63,635 nt of DNA, filler included, from Choristocarpus tenellus KU-1152 (GCA_964200185.2; 11 parts of 11 records of this genome joined end to end with filler, not necessarily neighbours in it); one strand, 5' to 3'; shown: positions 25,728 to 39,218, counted from the whole stretch's first letter. Notes: a model not told the origin generated them from the sequence alone. Translations and numbers: made by a program.

Positions 25728-28700
25728 GACTTCTACTGGGACGGTTACAGCATTGTTCGTGAGAAGGCCCCGCACTGGCTCTTTCTCATGCACGACTCTT
25801 TCCGATTCGACCTCCACTTGTGGGGTGACTTCATGCAGAACTGTCCATCGATTGGGCTCGATACGCACATCTATCAGGTACATTGGTAACACGACATTTA
25901 TTTAGCATTAGTAATAGTAACGATAGTAATAGTAGTAGTATTGTTTATGACAGCTTGTTGAGCAGAGAGGGTTGTAACATTTAATAATAGTAATAATAGT
26001 AACACTAATAATATTATTTATGAGAACTTTTTAAGTAGAGAGGGTTGTTGTAACATTTTAATGATAATGATAGCAGTAGTAGTAGTGTGTTGCCTCTGAC
26101 AGCTTGTTGGGTAGAGAGGGTGGTTGTGGTTGTGGTTGTTGCACAGGCTGTTTCTTGGGCTTGCATACGTATATGTATGATATATCACTTTTGGGAGGAA
26201 TGTGTGCATCTGATTGTTGAGAGTAGTCCCTTTTTGTTAATAGTGTGTTTTATTGTATTTTTGTTTGGATGGTTGGGGTTAGGGTTAGGGTTTTGCATTG
26301 GGATGCCTATGTGTAATGTAGTTTTTGTAGTAGTAGTAGTAGTGTTATGTAGTGTATGATGATCTAGATATTGTTGTACGTCCTCCCCACAAATATAGAT
26401 TATATTTATTTTGCTGTATGCCTCTTCTTGTCGATTTTTTTTTTGTGACAAGCCATATTGTTACTGTTTATACTACAATTAATTATTATTACCATTACGT
26501 GATCAAAAACATGGGTTTGTTGGTGTTGGGAAGGCGTGGATGGACCCTGGACCGCAGGCGATCTACCTTGCTCAGGCGTGTGATGTGAAGAAGAGCATTC
26601 GGGCCATGGAAGACATGGGTATGCCCGTTATAGGTGAGAGACTGAATATTGGGAAGGGAACGTTTTGAATTAATAGGGGGACGTGTTTACAACTGCTGGG
26701 TCCAATATGTTTGTATGTGTGTATTGTGTGTGTGAGTTATCCTCTTGTTTTGGATGCAAATGTCGCCTTTTTAATATTATTGTTGTTACTGTTGTTGTTT
26801 TTGCTATGGCTGTTACAATGCAATTATAATTTTTTTCGTTGGAACTGTTGAAATTGGTTTCACTTTATATGCCGATAAAATATGTCGCCTTGCTTGTTTT
26901 TGAGAAACCTTTAGTGTGTTTTTTTTTCTTTTGCTGCTCGGTCGCTTGCAATTCAAAGTACGGCAGTGCTTTGTCATCACGTTGGCGTGAAAGGGGTTGT
27001 CATCACGTTGGAGTGAAAGGGGTTGTCATTACGTTGGCGTGAAAGGGGTTGTCATTACGTTGGAGTGAAAGGGGTTGTCATTACGTTGGAGTGAAAGGGG
27101 TTGTGCGTTTTATTGTTACTGTATTGTGCTTGTACTGTTGGTGTCAATGTGAATATTGCTTTTCTTGAAAGATTCTGTAGTGATGGAGCATGTTTTTGTT
27201 TTTGTTTTTTTTACTACGTTGTATTATTTTATTTTTTGTTTGTAGTGTTTTTTCTGCGACCGTCTTACCACTTTTTATTTATTTAATTATTTTGTGTGTG
27301 TTATGCGTGCATTAGTTTTTTTCTTTCTTTTGTATTTTTGTTTTTTATTTAATTATTTGTGTGTGAATTATGTACGTACAGTAGGGTTTTTTTTCTTGTC
27401 TATTTTTATTTATATATTTAACAAACAAAAATTGTATGAATTATGTGTCTCCATGCGTGGGGAGAGCAGTGGGGGAGTGGTCTCTGGCTACAGACAATTG
27501 TGCCATGTGGCTAAATGGTTTCAACGACAATCTTCCCGGGTTTCCCAGAGTCCAGTGTGACTATGTGAGGTGTCCGCTACCCTACATGGGACCTGAACAG
27601 CCTGGAGCCCCACCCAACCCTCGGAACCCTCCATTGGGTGAGAATCAGGCTGGTGCACTCTGGGACGCCGGATCAGCTCCCTGCCAATAGAAGAGGAAAG
27701 GAGAGGAAATAGAAAGGGTTGGTGATGATGATGTTGGTGGTGTTGTTGGATACCTTGCATTTTTTTTGTGTGTTTTGTTTTTGGGGGGGACGGGGGAATA
27801 AATATATTATTTTTTATTATTGGAGTGCGGTTTTTGTGGGGAGTTTGAAAGGGATTTGAAATGTTTTATTTTATTTTTGAAGTGAGTGTGGAGTGTAGTT
27901 GTTGAGTGTGATATTTTACTTAATTTTATTGTGGTGGTAATGTAGCTTTGAGGGTGTGTTTATAGGGTTAGGGTTAGGGTTATAGGGTTTGAGGCCTCTC
28001 GTTCCACATGATATAATGGGTGTACCAGTATATTTTTGTGGAACTTGCCCTTCCACCCCACCCCACCTCTCTCTCTCTCTGGCAGAGATAAATGTGTTGG
28101 AAATAAGAAAAAAACATTGTGTACTTGATGTAGTGAGTTCAGTTAGTTTTATTTTTATTTTTCTGTAGAGTGTTATATACTGTACTTTAATGTGTATTGC
28201 TGTACATGCAAAAATAACTAATGTGTACTTCAAATTATTGTTGTGATAATAGTATTTTAATGATACAATCGATTGAGATAATTGTGTTATTTTGATGATA
28301 TGATTAGTCAAAATAGTAGTTAATCGAAAATGTAATATAGTCCTCTAGGGTTAGGGCTGGATCACACAAAACACCACTTGTTATTCTCTGTACATACGTA
28401 CATACATACTTCTGTTATTTTAAATCTTTCTATACAAGTCAAGTGTTTTGAGTTGGCTTTTGGTTTAGTTCTTGGTCTGTGATGTCTGGGAAAGTGTTAT
28501 ACAGTGGGTGGTATATGGGGGGGGGGGTTGCTTGTACCGTTCACGGTATAACAAATGTCTGAGGTCATACCAATGCACTGACAGATAACTTCCCAGTTGG
28601 TCGGAAACAGAAGAAAGGAAATCAAACTAGGGTTAGGGTTTGAAAAATGGTTCTATTTGTACGCACTGATGTATACATATATATACTTACATACATACAT

Positions 28701-29377
28701 ACGATACATACACAAGAACAAAAAACATGATGTTTTTTTATTGGTTGATACATATATATTTTTATGATGGCAAACGCTGAACAGGTCCGTTTGGCACTGG
28801 TGTTAGTGGCCCCAGCTTCGGAATGTGTCCTGTGGACAAGACATGGAGGTCTCAGAAGAAGTTTATGACGGTGGGTAAGGGGAGGGGGGGGGGGTTGGAG
28901 GGGGCGATAAGTAGGCAAAGAGGTTACCCCGTTCTCTTGGTTATTGTTCTAATATTTGGGATGTGAGTTTTTTGGTTCTTGTGCCGTTGTCTTTTTTTGT
29001 TTTTACTTGGGGTGTTTATTTTTATTTTAATGATTGTGTAGTGTGTGAGTAAAAAGTTAATTCTGATAACTTTTTGGTGTTTTTTTGTTTTTTTATCTAT
29101 TGTGTTGCGGGGTTTAAATTACGGTGTGTGGTAATTGATAGGGTCTGATTTGGTTGATGGTGTTGGAATAGTATTTTGATTCCATTATTTTGTTATTAAT
29201 ATTAGTATTGCTATTATTATTCACAGTCTATACTACCAGTCAACTCTTGTTTTGGGGGGGGTTTCAGCAAGTCAGGTGGTTGCCTTTCTTGTGCTCTATG
29301 AAAGAAACACAGGCAATATGTACGGTTTGTCAGGATACTTTACTTTTATTTTTGTGTATGTTTTTTTATTATTTTAC

Positions 29378-29415
<38 letters not shown>

Positions 29416-30663
29416 ACATAGCAGTACTGGTGCTCTACTACTGTGATGATTTTTCAAACATGAGCAAAATTTGGTACTTTCACTTTCGTATTTTTTTGTT
29501 CAATTTCACACATACATATGCGATTCACATTTTTATTTTATAATTATATTTATTATATTTGCATGCGCCCCCCCCCTCCCCCCCCTTTGCCCCACAATTT
29601 TGTGTTTGTGTGATGGGTTGTTCAGGCTCTGGCCTTGGCGAAGCTCCATGCATTTGAAACCGGGCATGGGTGGTTCTTTTGGAACTTCAAGACTGAGCTT
29701 GAGGTAGGGGACTGGGGAAGGGAGGGAGGAATGTGCCCCTCTCCCTCCCCCACTTTTGTCTTCTTTTATTGCTTCTTTGGTGCAGTTTTTGATTGAATTT
29801 TTTGTTTTGTTTGCTCTCTTGAAATGTTTATGTGGTAGGTTGGATGTTGTGGTTTTGCAGTTATTTTGAAGGTGTGTCTGGAGGTGTTTGAGGGGTGAAG
29901 AGTGTGTGTACTTGGTACTCGGTACTGTAGGTGAATTTTTTTATTTTGCTCATTTTCTTGGTGGAAAGATGTAACTGGAGGCTCATGCTGTCCCTTTCTA
30001 TTTTTGTCAAACGCCTTAGCAATGAATACCAGAACACCAAAGAATTGGCATATATATATGTATGTACGCTTCGTGGTTAGTACTCTGGGAAGTGGAGATC
30101 GGTCCTAGTTGAGTTGTTTTGATTTCTGTATCATTATTTTTACGGCGTGTGGGAATATATTTTTATTTTTAGCTAAGAGATACACACGAACAAGCTCTTT
30201 TTTTTTTTCCTCTTTATGATTGGTATCGTGTTAGAATTGTATGAAGTTGTTGGTTGTAGTGAATCATTGATTCAGGAGGTTCACTGGTATGTTTTTGAGA
30301 AAAGAGATGTGTACATGTACATGTACACACATATATATATATATATAGAGAGAGAGAGAGTTTGTGTGTGTGTCTTCTTATGTCCTTGTGTAAGCCCATG
30401 AGCTGCATCAGCGTTGTGTCTATAATTATTTTTTTTTAATGTGGAAAAATAAAAATAGAGATTAAAATTATGAGGTTTAGGATGGTGGGGGTGCTGTGGT
30501 TTTGGTGATGTGATTTGCTATCGGAATGTGACTTTCATGCTGTATTGTTGCGTGTTTTCATTTTGTTTTATTTTGTTTGCGTCAGGTGCGTTGGGATTAT
30601 ATGGCCGCTGTTGATGCTGGATACTTCCCAGATGATGCACAGGACCTGGAGGATAACAATGAA
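25728..30663 (+). CDS. Glycoside hydrolase family 5 exo-beta-1,3-glucanase (glucan 1,3-beta-glucosidase), partial; exons 25728-25877, 26534-26633, 27470-27637, 28785-28870, 29626-29703, 30586-30663
   Basis: Phase-consistent GT-AG splicing yields HDSFR..DTHIYQAW..MPVIVGEWSLATDNCAMWLNGFNDN..GPFGTG..CP..KLHAFETGHGWFFWNFKTE..RWDY. This contains the GH5 nucleophile (VGEWS) and the GWFFW motif. Confidence 0.93.
26971..27104. repeat. 26-bp minisatellite x5 (TTGTCATYACGTTGGMGTGAAAGGGG) in GH5 intron
   Basis: Five near-identical units read directly. Confidence 0.95.
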
Positions 30664-30961
30664 GTGAGACTTGGCTTGAATGTTTACTGAAAATGTAACT
30701 GATTTTTTGTTGCTTTTTATTTTTTTGCGCTGCATTCAATGAGTTGCATCCTTGCAGCCTTATCACGAGTTCTTTTTTTCTGCAGATAGGGTAAATACCT
30801 TGTTTGGTTCATTGATTGAAAGGGGGGGGGAGATAAGGTTTTCCTTCNNNNNNNNNNNNNNNNNNNNNNNNNNNNNNNNNNNNNNNNNNNNTTAATTAAT
30901 TAANNNNNNNNNNNNNNNNNNNNNNNNNNNNNNNNNNNNNNNNNNNNAAAAAAAAAAAGAA

Positions 30962-30998
<37 letters not shown>

Positions 30999-32007
30999 GG
31001 GGTGGAGGGGTCGTTTGTAATACTTTGCAGGCGTTACAATGACAATGGATGCAAGAACGTTCCGTGAATGACCTTGAACACGCTCGTAACCCCAACAAAT
31101 CACAATGCAATTACTATTATGTTTTATATTTATTTCATGCCGAGAAAGGCTTGGACCTGCAAGCACACACAAAGAACATAAAATAACCACACAGAACATT
31201 CTCAAGGGTAGAAGAGTTACAAAAAAAGGATGATCCCCCATATAGGGGGCACTACATTCTCCCCACTTTTGTTTCCAAATTTTGAGATACGTAAGACACA
31301 CAATACATAAAAAATAAACATAAATACATTGCAATGTACACTGCTTAATACCCATAAAAATAAGAATTTTGACTATCTTAAATGCCTCCTCACATACGGA
31401 AAGTTGTTTATACACCCCACACCCCCCCCCCCCCCCCACCACAACACCACCCAAACCCACACCCACCACCCAAAAAAACACAAAAAAAANNNNNNNNNNA
31501 ATAACACCTCAAACCCCGAAAGTTTTGTTTTCCCCCCCCCCCCCCCCCCCCCAAGCATAGAAAATTCCTCCCTCATGCAGAATTTTAAAAAAATCAAAAG
31601 ACCAAATCATTTACCTGTACCCCAATAGAAAAAAGAAAATACACACAAGATGCTCGTATTTCCAATTGCTGGGACATAAAACCCTCCAGCACCGCGATTT
31701 AATTGGCGGCCATACTCACCGTGCATTTCAAACCGACCAATCAGACGCCCTTCACGATGGTGAAGGTTGGTTTTGAAAAAAAGAAAATGAAATAAATGTT
31801 CACGGAATGAGTTACGCCATACAAATTCAAATTAAAACTATTACCTGGGTCAGAGGCAATGGAAAAAAAAGAAAAAAGTTTGCCTCGCCCACCTCCAACT
31901 CTTGACTCGCCGTTCACCCAAAATAGACAGAGGATAAAAAAAAACAGTAACAAAAAAAAAGAGAGTATACCTACCGCATTCGATCTCCCAAAACACAAAA
32001 ACTAACA

Positions 32008-32042
<35 letters not shown>

Positions 32043-32051
32043 AACCGCCCC

Positions 32052-32096
<45 letters not shown>

Positions 32097-32213
32097 ACCT
32101 TACAATAAAAAATAAAGAATAGACGAATCGAAACTCAAATAGTATACATTACAGTGAAAAAAAAACTCAAGGTCGTCAAAATATTATATGTACATACATA
32201 TATATATATGTAA

Positions 32214-32496
32214 GAGTCAAAGTATCTTAGAGGGTATAGTAAAGTATCTTAGAGGGTATAGTCGTGTCCATTTGGGGGCCGAAATCCAACTTTCCGATTT
32301 TGATAAAATTTTGGCTGTATCACGTTTGTTAGGAAATGTCAATATCCTTGTTCTGGACACACCTTTTCACAACATACACATTTTACCTACTCCGAAATGT
32401 TTCGGAGTAGGTAAGATGCCATTATTAACCCGTGGGAAGCCAAGCCCCAAATGGACAAACAGGGGAAAAGTCGTACCCTCTAAGATACTTTCACTC
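32214..32496. mobile_element. MITE family A with tandemly duplicated left TIR
   Basis: AAAGTATCTTAGAGGGTATAGT occurs twice in tandem; right end TAAGATACTTTCACTC; no TSD. Confidence 0.85.
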
Positions 32497-32838
32497 CAAT
32501 ATATTTTTCTTGAATACATCAGCCCCTGCCTTCTGCACACACACACACACACACGCAAGGCGAGCTGCCTGTCACGGCCTTTCCGAACACAGATGTACTC
32601 TAATCCTAAGCCCTAACCCTTACCTCTCCCCATTTCACATCAACAGTACCACATCAACAGTACCACATCAACACAGTCGTGATTTGCCATCTCATCACCT
32701 CCTCCTCCTCATGCGAACTAACACGGTTAACATCATTTTAATTTTTATTTCTTTATTGTTGGCAGTGATGTATTCTACCTGGAATACACCGCTTCAAACT
32801 ATCACCGTATACAGAGCTAAAGGGAGGGGCAAACATAC

Positions 32839-33792
32839 GTTCTTTGCAGAGGTACGCCTTCCAGGGCGAGAGTAACGGGCCACGATGAACGACACTTGGG
32901 CCTCAGCCTCCGCACCATCATACTGAGATATATCCACTTAAAAACTTAACCACGATACTAGCCACTGGTAGTTACATGAGACTGTAATCAGGGAGACACA
33001 TGCACACACACACACACACACACAAGTTCAACATCAACTGCAACGTCTACCCCTCCACTTCCCCTCTCAAAAAGCACCATCCCCACAAAACAAAACAACA
33101 AAAGCCGCACTCGTACCCACTTTCGCTTGTCGGGACTCTTCCTCTCCTTCCCCAGGCCCTTCACCACCCCCAGCAGCAGCAGCAGCAGCAGCAGCAGCAC
33201 CTAGCTCCCTTTCCCCCTCTCCCTTCCTGCCATACCCTCTCCCTTCCCCCGCGCGCACTGGAGTTCCATCAACAAAGGCATCCACGTCCCACAACGCCTT
33301 ACCCATGGTATCGAAACTCCTGCTCCTCTCCCGCAGTTCTCCGTCAACAGCATTGGCAAGGATCCAAAAGCACTTCTCCATCCTAGCTGCACTTTCCAAC
33401 CCTCGATTAGACGGCTTAACCTCCTGCCATTGCCCTGACTGTTGCTCCACCATTTCCCCTGTCCCATTCGCTCCCCTCACTGCTTCCTGCGGGCTACTCC
33501 GTGCCCCTACTGTGGCGGTGATGGCAGCAGCGATACTCCTGGTTACAGCATGATCCTTGCTGACTACCCCCTTAGCACCATCGCCAACCAGATGGATACT
33601 TCTTGACCTCCCATCAACACCAAACACAGATCTGACATCATCTGAACTCGTTGCTGGTGCGTTTGTGGAGGGGGAAGGGGAGGAGGAGGAGGAGGAGGAG
33701 GAGGAGGAGGAGGAGGAGGAGGAAGAGGAGGTCCAGAGAATATTGTTGTCCTGATGGGGTGATGATGTTCCTGTCCTGCTGCCCCTGTTCAC
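32839..33792 (-). CDS. Internal exons of an unidentified low-complexity protein (33792-33121; probable 32922-32839)
   Basis: GTGCAG acceptor and GTGGGT donor bracket an open 672-nt phase-0 exon with poly-Ser and poly-Ala. The next exon, YDGAEAEAQVSFIVARYSRPGRRTSAKN, has CTCAG/GTATGT borders. Confidence 0.6.
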
Positions 33793-34702
33793 CTGCACAC
33801 ATATATACACACTCTTTACTCACACATGTGTATGAAAGGGCACCAATGAGGTGGAAAAGAGGAAGAAAGCTTCACACACGCTGTGAGTAAAGAGTCAAGC
33901 AAAACGCTAATTCAAAAAGGGACAACTCATGCATTGGTATCACGCAAGAATAGATCATAAACGACCGGTGCTGACACTTGTCACATCCTGTGTCAACATC
34001 ACTAACTACCCCCCCCCNNNNNNNNNNNNNNNNNNNNNNNNNNNNNNNNNNNNNNNNNNNNTTAATTAATTAANNNNNNNNNNNNNNNNNNNNNNNNNNN
34101 NNNNNNNNNNNNNNNNNCCCCCCCCCCCCAAGATACTTTGACCCCCAATAGACTGATTTTTCTGTGACCTGAATCTCATCTGTCAATAAAATTGACCTGG
34201 ATGACTCCTACAATACCTATATCACACAACGATAAGACTCACACTGGTTTGAGCCTTCTTGACAATGTAGAATTATTCCTCATCAGTCCAGACCGGGCAT
34301 TAAAACCTAGTTGTGACTTTGCCAGTCGCTTTGTAAACGGGACCAGAAAAAAGGCTACATGAAGAGAGGTTCGAGGCAAACGTAGGATTCCGCCTGAGAA
34401 GCTCTCAACCTCTATCCAGTTAATCATTAATAACACCCCACAACATGCATACCAAGTGTTGTAGGTAGGAGGTGATCCCCAAGCTAGAAGAGACCCAGAA
34501 GGCTGCTATCCTCAGTTTGCAACAGGCGTTTTCTGTCGCCACAGTGGTGTGACATAAATTTTCCGTGTGAGGAAAGCTGTATGGGTGACCAGTATGATAC
34601 ACCAGGCAGATTGCCAAGGGAGGTAAATATAGGTGGTGCTTGACGTTGGTGGCTGCCGAAGAATTAATGTATTACATACTACGTACATAGTGTTAAATAA
34701 TA

Positions 34703-34802
34703 CTACCTCTGACCCAAAATATAAGCTACATTCGGACAAAAACCTATGATGATTTATATCGGTTTTTGTCCGAATGTAGGTTGTATTTTGGGTCAGAGGA
34801 AG
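34703..34802. mobile_element. Stowaway-like (Tc1/mariner) 100-bp MITE
   Basis: TA|CTACCTCTGACCCAAAATATAAGCTACATTCGGACAAAAACC...GGTTTTTGTCCGAATGTAGGTTGTATTTTGGGTCAGAGGAAG|TA: ~42-bp TIRs and TA TSD. Confidence 0.85.
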
Positions 34803-36160
34803 TACATATTATTGAATAAAAATATTCTTAAAATGTGGAAGGAGGGCAGGGTTGGGGACAATATCACTACTATTTCCTACAATGTAATGGCTTTGTTATT
34901 GCCCTTTTGCAAGAAAGCAATCTATCTTCTATACTATGCAAGAGTTGAGACCTGTGCCCCTTCACTCTGTCAGGTCCCCTTCCGGTGACTGATGAACCCT
35001 TTTGGTACGTATTGGTAAATTGAGGGATTTCTTTGCGCATAGGGAGTCGACAGTTGTGCCTGTTGCAAACCTGTAGAAGGCATTGTGCAGCATCGCTAGT
35101 TTGTAGCCACCACCTCGCATGGTTCGTGATATAAGAAAAGAAGTGTACTGTTGTATTGTTGGAATGTGGCACACACACCTGTTCCTCTCACCTCCTCGGC
35201 CTTCACCACCCAGTCCCACTCGTGCGCTCTTCACTCTTCCAGAGCCTAAGTATCATAGGATCTACTGTCTACACGAAAGACCTAAAGCATATGCTTGGTT
35301 GGGCTGAACTCTCAACCCCAAGACAAAAGCAGCTGGAAAGGAGAACACCACCCCCAGTCATCTCAGTTGGTCTTCAGCGAGGGCATGTACCAATCTCTGT
35401 GTTAGCATCCAAACATGTATGGCACATGCCTGAGTTTAGTACCTGTATGTGTTTGTTGGGGGGGAGGGGGGGGTAGTTGTAGATCTATATTCATTGACCA
35501 TTTGATTGAACTCATGGAGCATATATATATATATATTTGAGAGGTATATTGTTGTGCCTGCGTAAAGGTAACTGTTACGATCACCACCCTTGTCCCTTGT
35601 CCCTAAATGTGCACCATGCTGCTCCCTTGGACAAGAAGCTATTGTGAACTGTAGAGTCAGTCCCCCTCTCAGTAGACGAGAGTATCTATGTCCAAGAAGA
35701 CTGGTGCCTAATCCCGCGACAGGAAAAGGCGGCAAAAAACGATTATCACAGATCCACTTTGTTAGAGTTGTAACCATAGGTTATCCATATATATATATAT
35801 ATATATATAATAAAACCATTAGTCAAACCCCTATGTTGCTTCGAAAATAAAAATATCTCACCCACATTATACACATATCCACAAATAAACAGTGTTACTT
35901 TTTGAAGAGGTGGTCAGGCGGTTCATGAAACCGTTGGCTGTACTACTAATTTTCTCATGCTTTAGCACAATCCAAAGTGTAGCTGAGAACCGTGAAAGGT
36001 GTTGAACAAAATCAATTTCGAGAGGTGGGGATATCCTTCAAGCTCAATTCCAGTTGCTGAAGAGTAGCAAGACTGATACACGGACCAGCCCCAGCATTCT
36101 CTGTTGCTCAACGTTATACAGCTGGCCGCTCCTCCATCTGGATGACAAGTTGACCAATTT

Positions 36161-37160
36161 ATGGTCTTGCTCACCAAGAATTCCGACCCTTCAGAACCAC
36201 AGGCTGTGACAAAGAAAAACTCAGGATATACAGCCACCACGAAAAGTGGTACAATGTCGGACTCGACAACCTACAGCACAGAAGTGGGGCAGATACTGCC
36301 TCGGCACCGAGCCATGCTCCAGAAACTGGATGCAGCATTTGGAATATATGATGAGGATCTCACGGAGGCCATGTTTTTAAGACAATATGTCATAGACCAG
36401 GTTTGGCTAAATCCTCTTACCTCTCTTATCTTCTCCATTTGGCGAGAGTCGCAGCTAAGATAAGATCAACTTTCTTCAGATGAACACAGTGTAGATGCAT
36501 CTAAAGAGTTTGATGGAACTAATTAATAAAATTCCAATACTTTGCCCTGATGTTACAAGAACCTTTCAAGGCCTTCAATGACGAATCCACGGACTCATGA
36601 CTAGCATTTTCGAAAGGTATCGTAAGATTTCAAAATCGAAGTAATCTATAATTCGGATTGTCTTGAGTCGAGTAACGAAAGATGGACCGGGGTCGGGGGC
36701 TGACTCTGAATTTTCGATAGCACCACTGTAGTACCAAGGGCTCTTGTAAACTTGAACAACACAACAGGTTAATGCATTTCTTCATGAAGATGGGCCGCCT
36801 CAGATATTCTTCGAGCACCGTCCAGGGCCTGCACCACAATCAATCCCTTCTGACGCTCGTCCACCGTCAAGTGGGTATGGTGCCAGTCGAATTTGTGACA
36901 TTCGAGCATCCCGAGGCAGTCGACGGGCGTCAGGAAGTGAAAGGGCCTATGATAAGGCTGCCACAGTCGCTGCAGCGGCAGCAGTCCAGGAGGAGGGGAG
37001 GGGGAAGGAAATCGATCAGATTGTTGACTCTCCCACGCCTAAGGGAACAGAAATCCCTTGGCATTTCGTTGCAGGATTTGGGGAGGGTCTGTCAACCAAG
37101 TTGCCTGTTGTGTACTTTGCCAAGATGAAGCACACAGGTGCAGGTGATTGCAAAGTCCCC
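36161..37160 (+). pseudogene. Degenerate gag-like retroelement remnant
   Basis: Broken reading frames ending in CVLCQDEAHR/(frameshift)AGDCK, a CX2CX4HX4C knuckle after one frameshift. Confidence 0.4.
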
Positions 37161-37419
37161 ATTGATCCCTACGAGGTGAGTCTCTTTTTTTTTCAATTAT
37201 TCACCTAAGACACCTTTCTTTGCTATGCGTCAGCATCCATTTCCATCTAAAGGAGGTCACTGGTTGTTTCTATATTTTTGCAATGCTTCTGAATCCTCTA
37301 GTCGGCCTATGTACTATAAGAAAGTAGTGATGGGACATGAGAGCATGGGAACACTAAAGGAAAACATACAAAAAAAGGTGAAGAGTCGTGCTAACATAGT
37401 GGTATGCAACTCTGTGCCA

Positions 37420-37596
37420 GGCTCAAAGTATTTGAGGGGGGGGGGTCTAAACCAGGCTGTCCATTTGGACCCTGACCAGGAAATGTGAACTTACATTATC
37501 CATCGGACACATGCAACCAAATCACCCCAAAATTGCAACATGGAAAATGGGCTCCAAATGGACAGCCGGCACCCCCCCACCCAGATACTTTGAGCC
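37420..37596. mobile_element. MITE family B
   Basis: GGCTCAAAGTATTTGAGGGG...CCCAGATACTTTGAGCC, with internal CATTATCCATC and CCAAATGGAC motifs shared with other copies. Further copies or ends at ~14961-15000, 34118-34144, 38139-38174, 38275-38320, 42030-42127 and 45813-45894. Confidence 0.88.
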
Positions 37597-39218
37597 TCAT
37601 ATTGCATTGTATGCAGCCTTTTCTTACCCCTGTGCAGTTCTGTATGCCCTATTTTCATATTTTTCGTGTAGAATAGAAGCCCTTCAGAACTAAGATGTTA
37701 ATGCACAAGAGAGGCTAACAAGGAAATGACCAAAACTGACCAAAAAAGGTTTTGTAATGTGCAGGAAGACTTATTCTTGCCACTTCTGGGGATCCTAACG
37801 ATGCAACCATGCACCTGAAATTGAAAAGGTATCAAGCAGACAGCAAATAGAAGAAACCGGCAATGATTTGCAATGCACCGAGACAACTTTCTGCCCTGTA
37901 GGAAGGAAAGAAATTTTTCTGGTCAGTCAGTTCAGTGACATAAATGCTTGTCACAATCTGTGCTACAGATGGAGAGTGCCTAGTTCGCCTGTTCACAGAA
38001 CCACTTAATCTCATGGCATTCATATTATTCACAAATATGTGTTGAGAAACCTTTTTCTTGAGAGTATCAGTATGTGTAATTCCTGCAAATTGTGGAAATA
38101 AAAAGAAAGCATTAGATCACCAGCAAAGATGTCACTTAGGGTCAAAGTATCTGGGGGGGGGTGTCGGCGTCCGTNNNNNNNNNNNNNNNNNNNNNNNNNN
38201 NNNNNNNNNNNNNNNNNNTTAATTAATTAANNNNNNNNNNNNNNNNNNNNNNNNNNNNNNNNNNNNNNNNNNNNCCCACACCCACCCCCCCCCCCCCCCC
38301 CCCCCCAGGTACTTTGACCCAGATCGCCATGGAAATCGAACAACTTCCACTTGTACTGAGTGAAATCGTTATTGTAACTACTACTTGCAATCCATAACCA
38401 ACTTCGGACACGGCAATAAGTTCCCCTATCAAGTGATAAAACAGTTGCACGTGTTGGACTAGCAATTAAGTTTAGTACTTCATTCCATGGCACTCAATTT
38501 AAGGTTAAGCAGTCAGTTTTTTTAGTTTGAAGATGAAATTTCGAGGGTGGCATTGCCTTGGTTTATAGACCAAGTACAGCAAACCACAGATATAAAAATT
38601 ATATTAACTGTCAAAATACAATAATATGTTCTGAAAATCTGAATTTCAACAAATGGATAGATTCCAGTATGGAGCATATCTTAAGCCAGGCCTCATTCAC
38701 AACAAAAGGTCGAGTAGGTAGTTGGTGTGTTTAAGTGTGTGTGTTGGGTGACCAAGGCCATTTCGTGTAGGGAGTTGGGGATGTATCAACCACCTTCAAT
38801 AAACCACAGATCATTCTTGATATTTGTGGTTAAGGAGGCTGTTCCCTACATGGATTTTGGAGGTTGGGACCCCATCAACGCCAGAATTCTTTCAAGGAAA
38901 TTTGGTTCCAATTAATTTACTTTCGCATGGCAAGCATAACGGATTTGCACCACCTCTATATATTTACCCTATTTATCTATTGTTGAATCACAAAAAATGT
39001 CGTACTAAGGTGAAGGTATGGAAACGTTATGTGTGTCTAGGACAAGATTCGAGGGAGGAGGCCGAGGGATCACTGGTGGGATTGTTGAGCCCAACACGAG
39101 AAGCAAGGCATGATGAACAGAGACAGTACAATTAGTCGTAATACAAGAGTGGATTACAACAGCAGTGGTTTGCATGAGAAGTATTGATTTTGTTATCATG
39201 CCCACTGACATTTGATGA

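Noticed and set aside
26971-27104. 26-bp repeats as CRISPR repeats
   Set aside because: Head-to-tail with no spacers, and located in an intron.
32188-32616. Recurring ORFs with ILEGT/SYPLRYFH/HLGLGFP peptides as a gene family
   Set aside because: They are translations of non-coding MITE family A.
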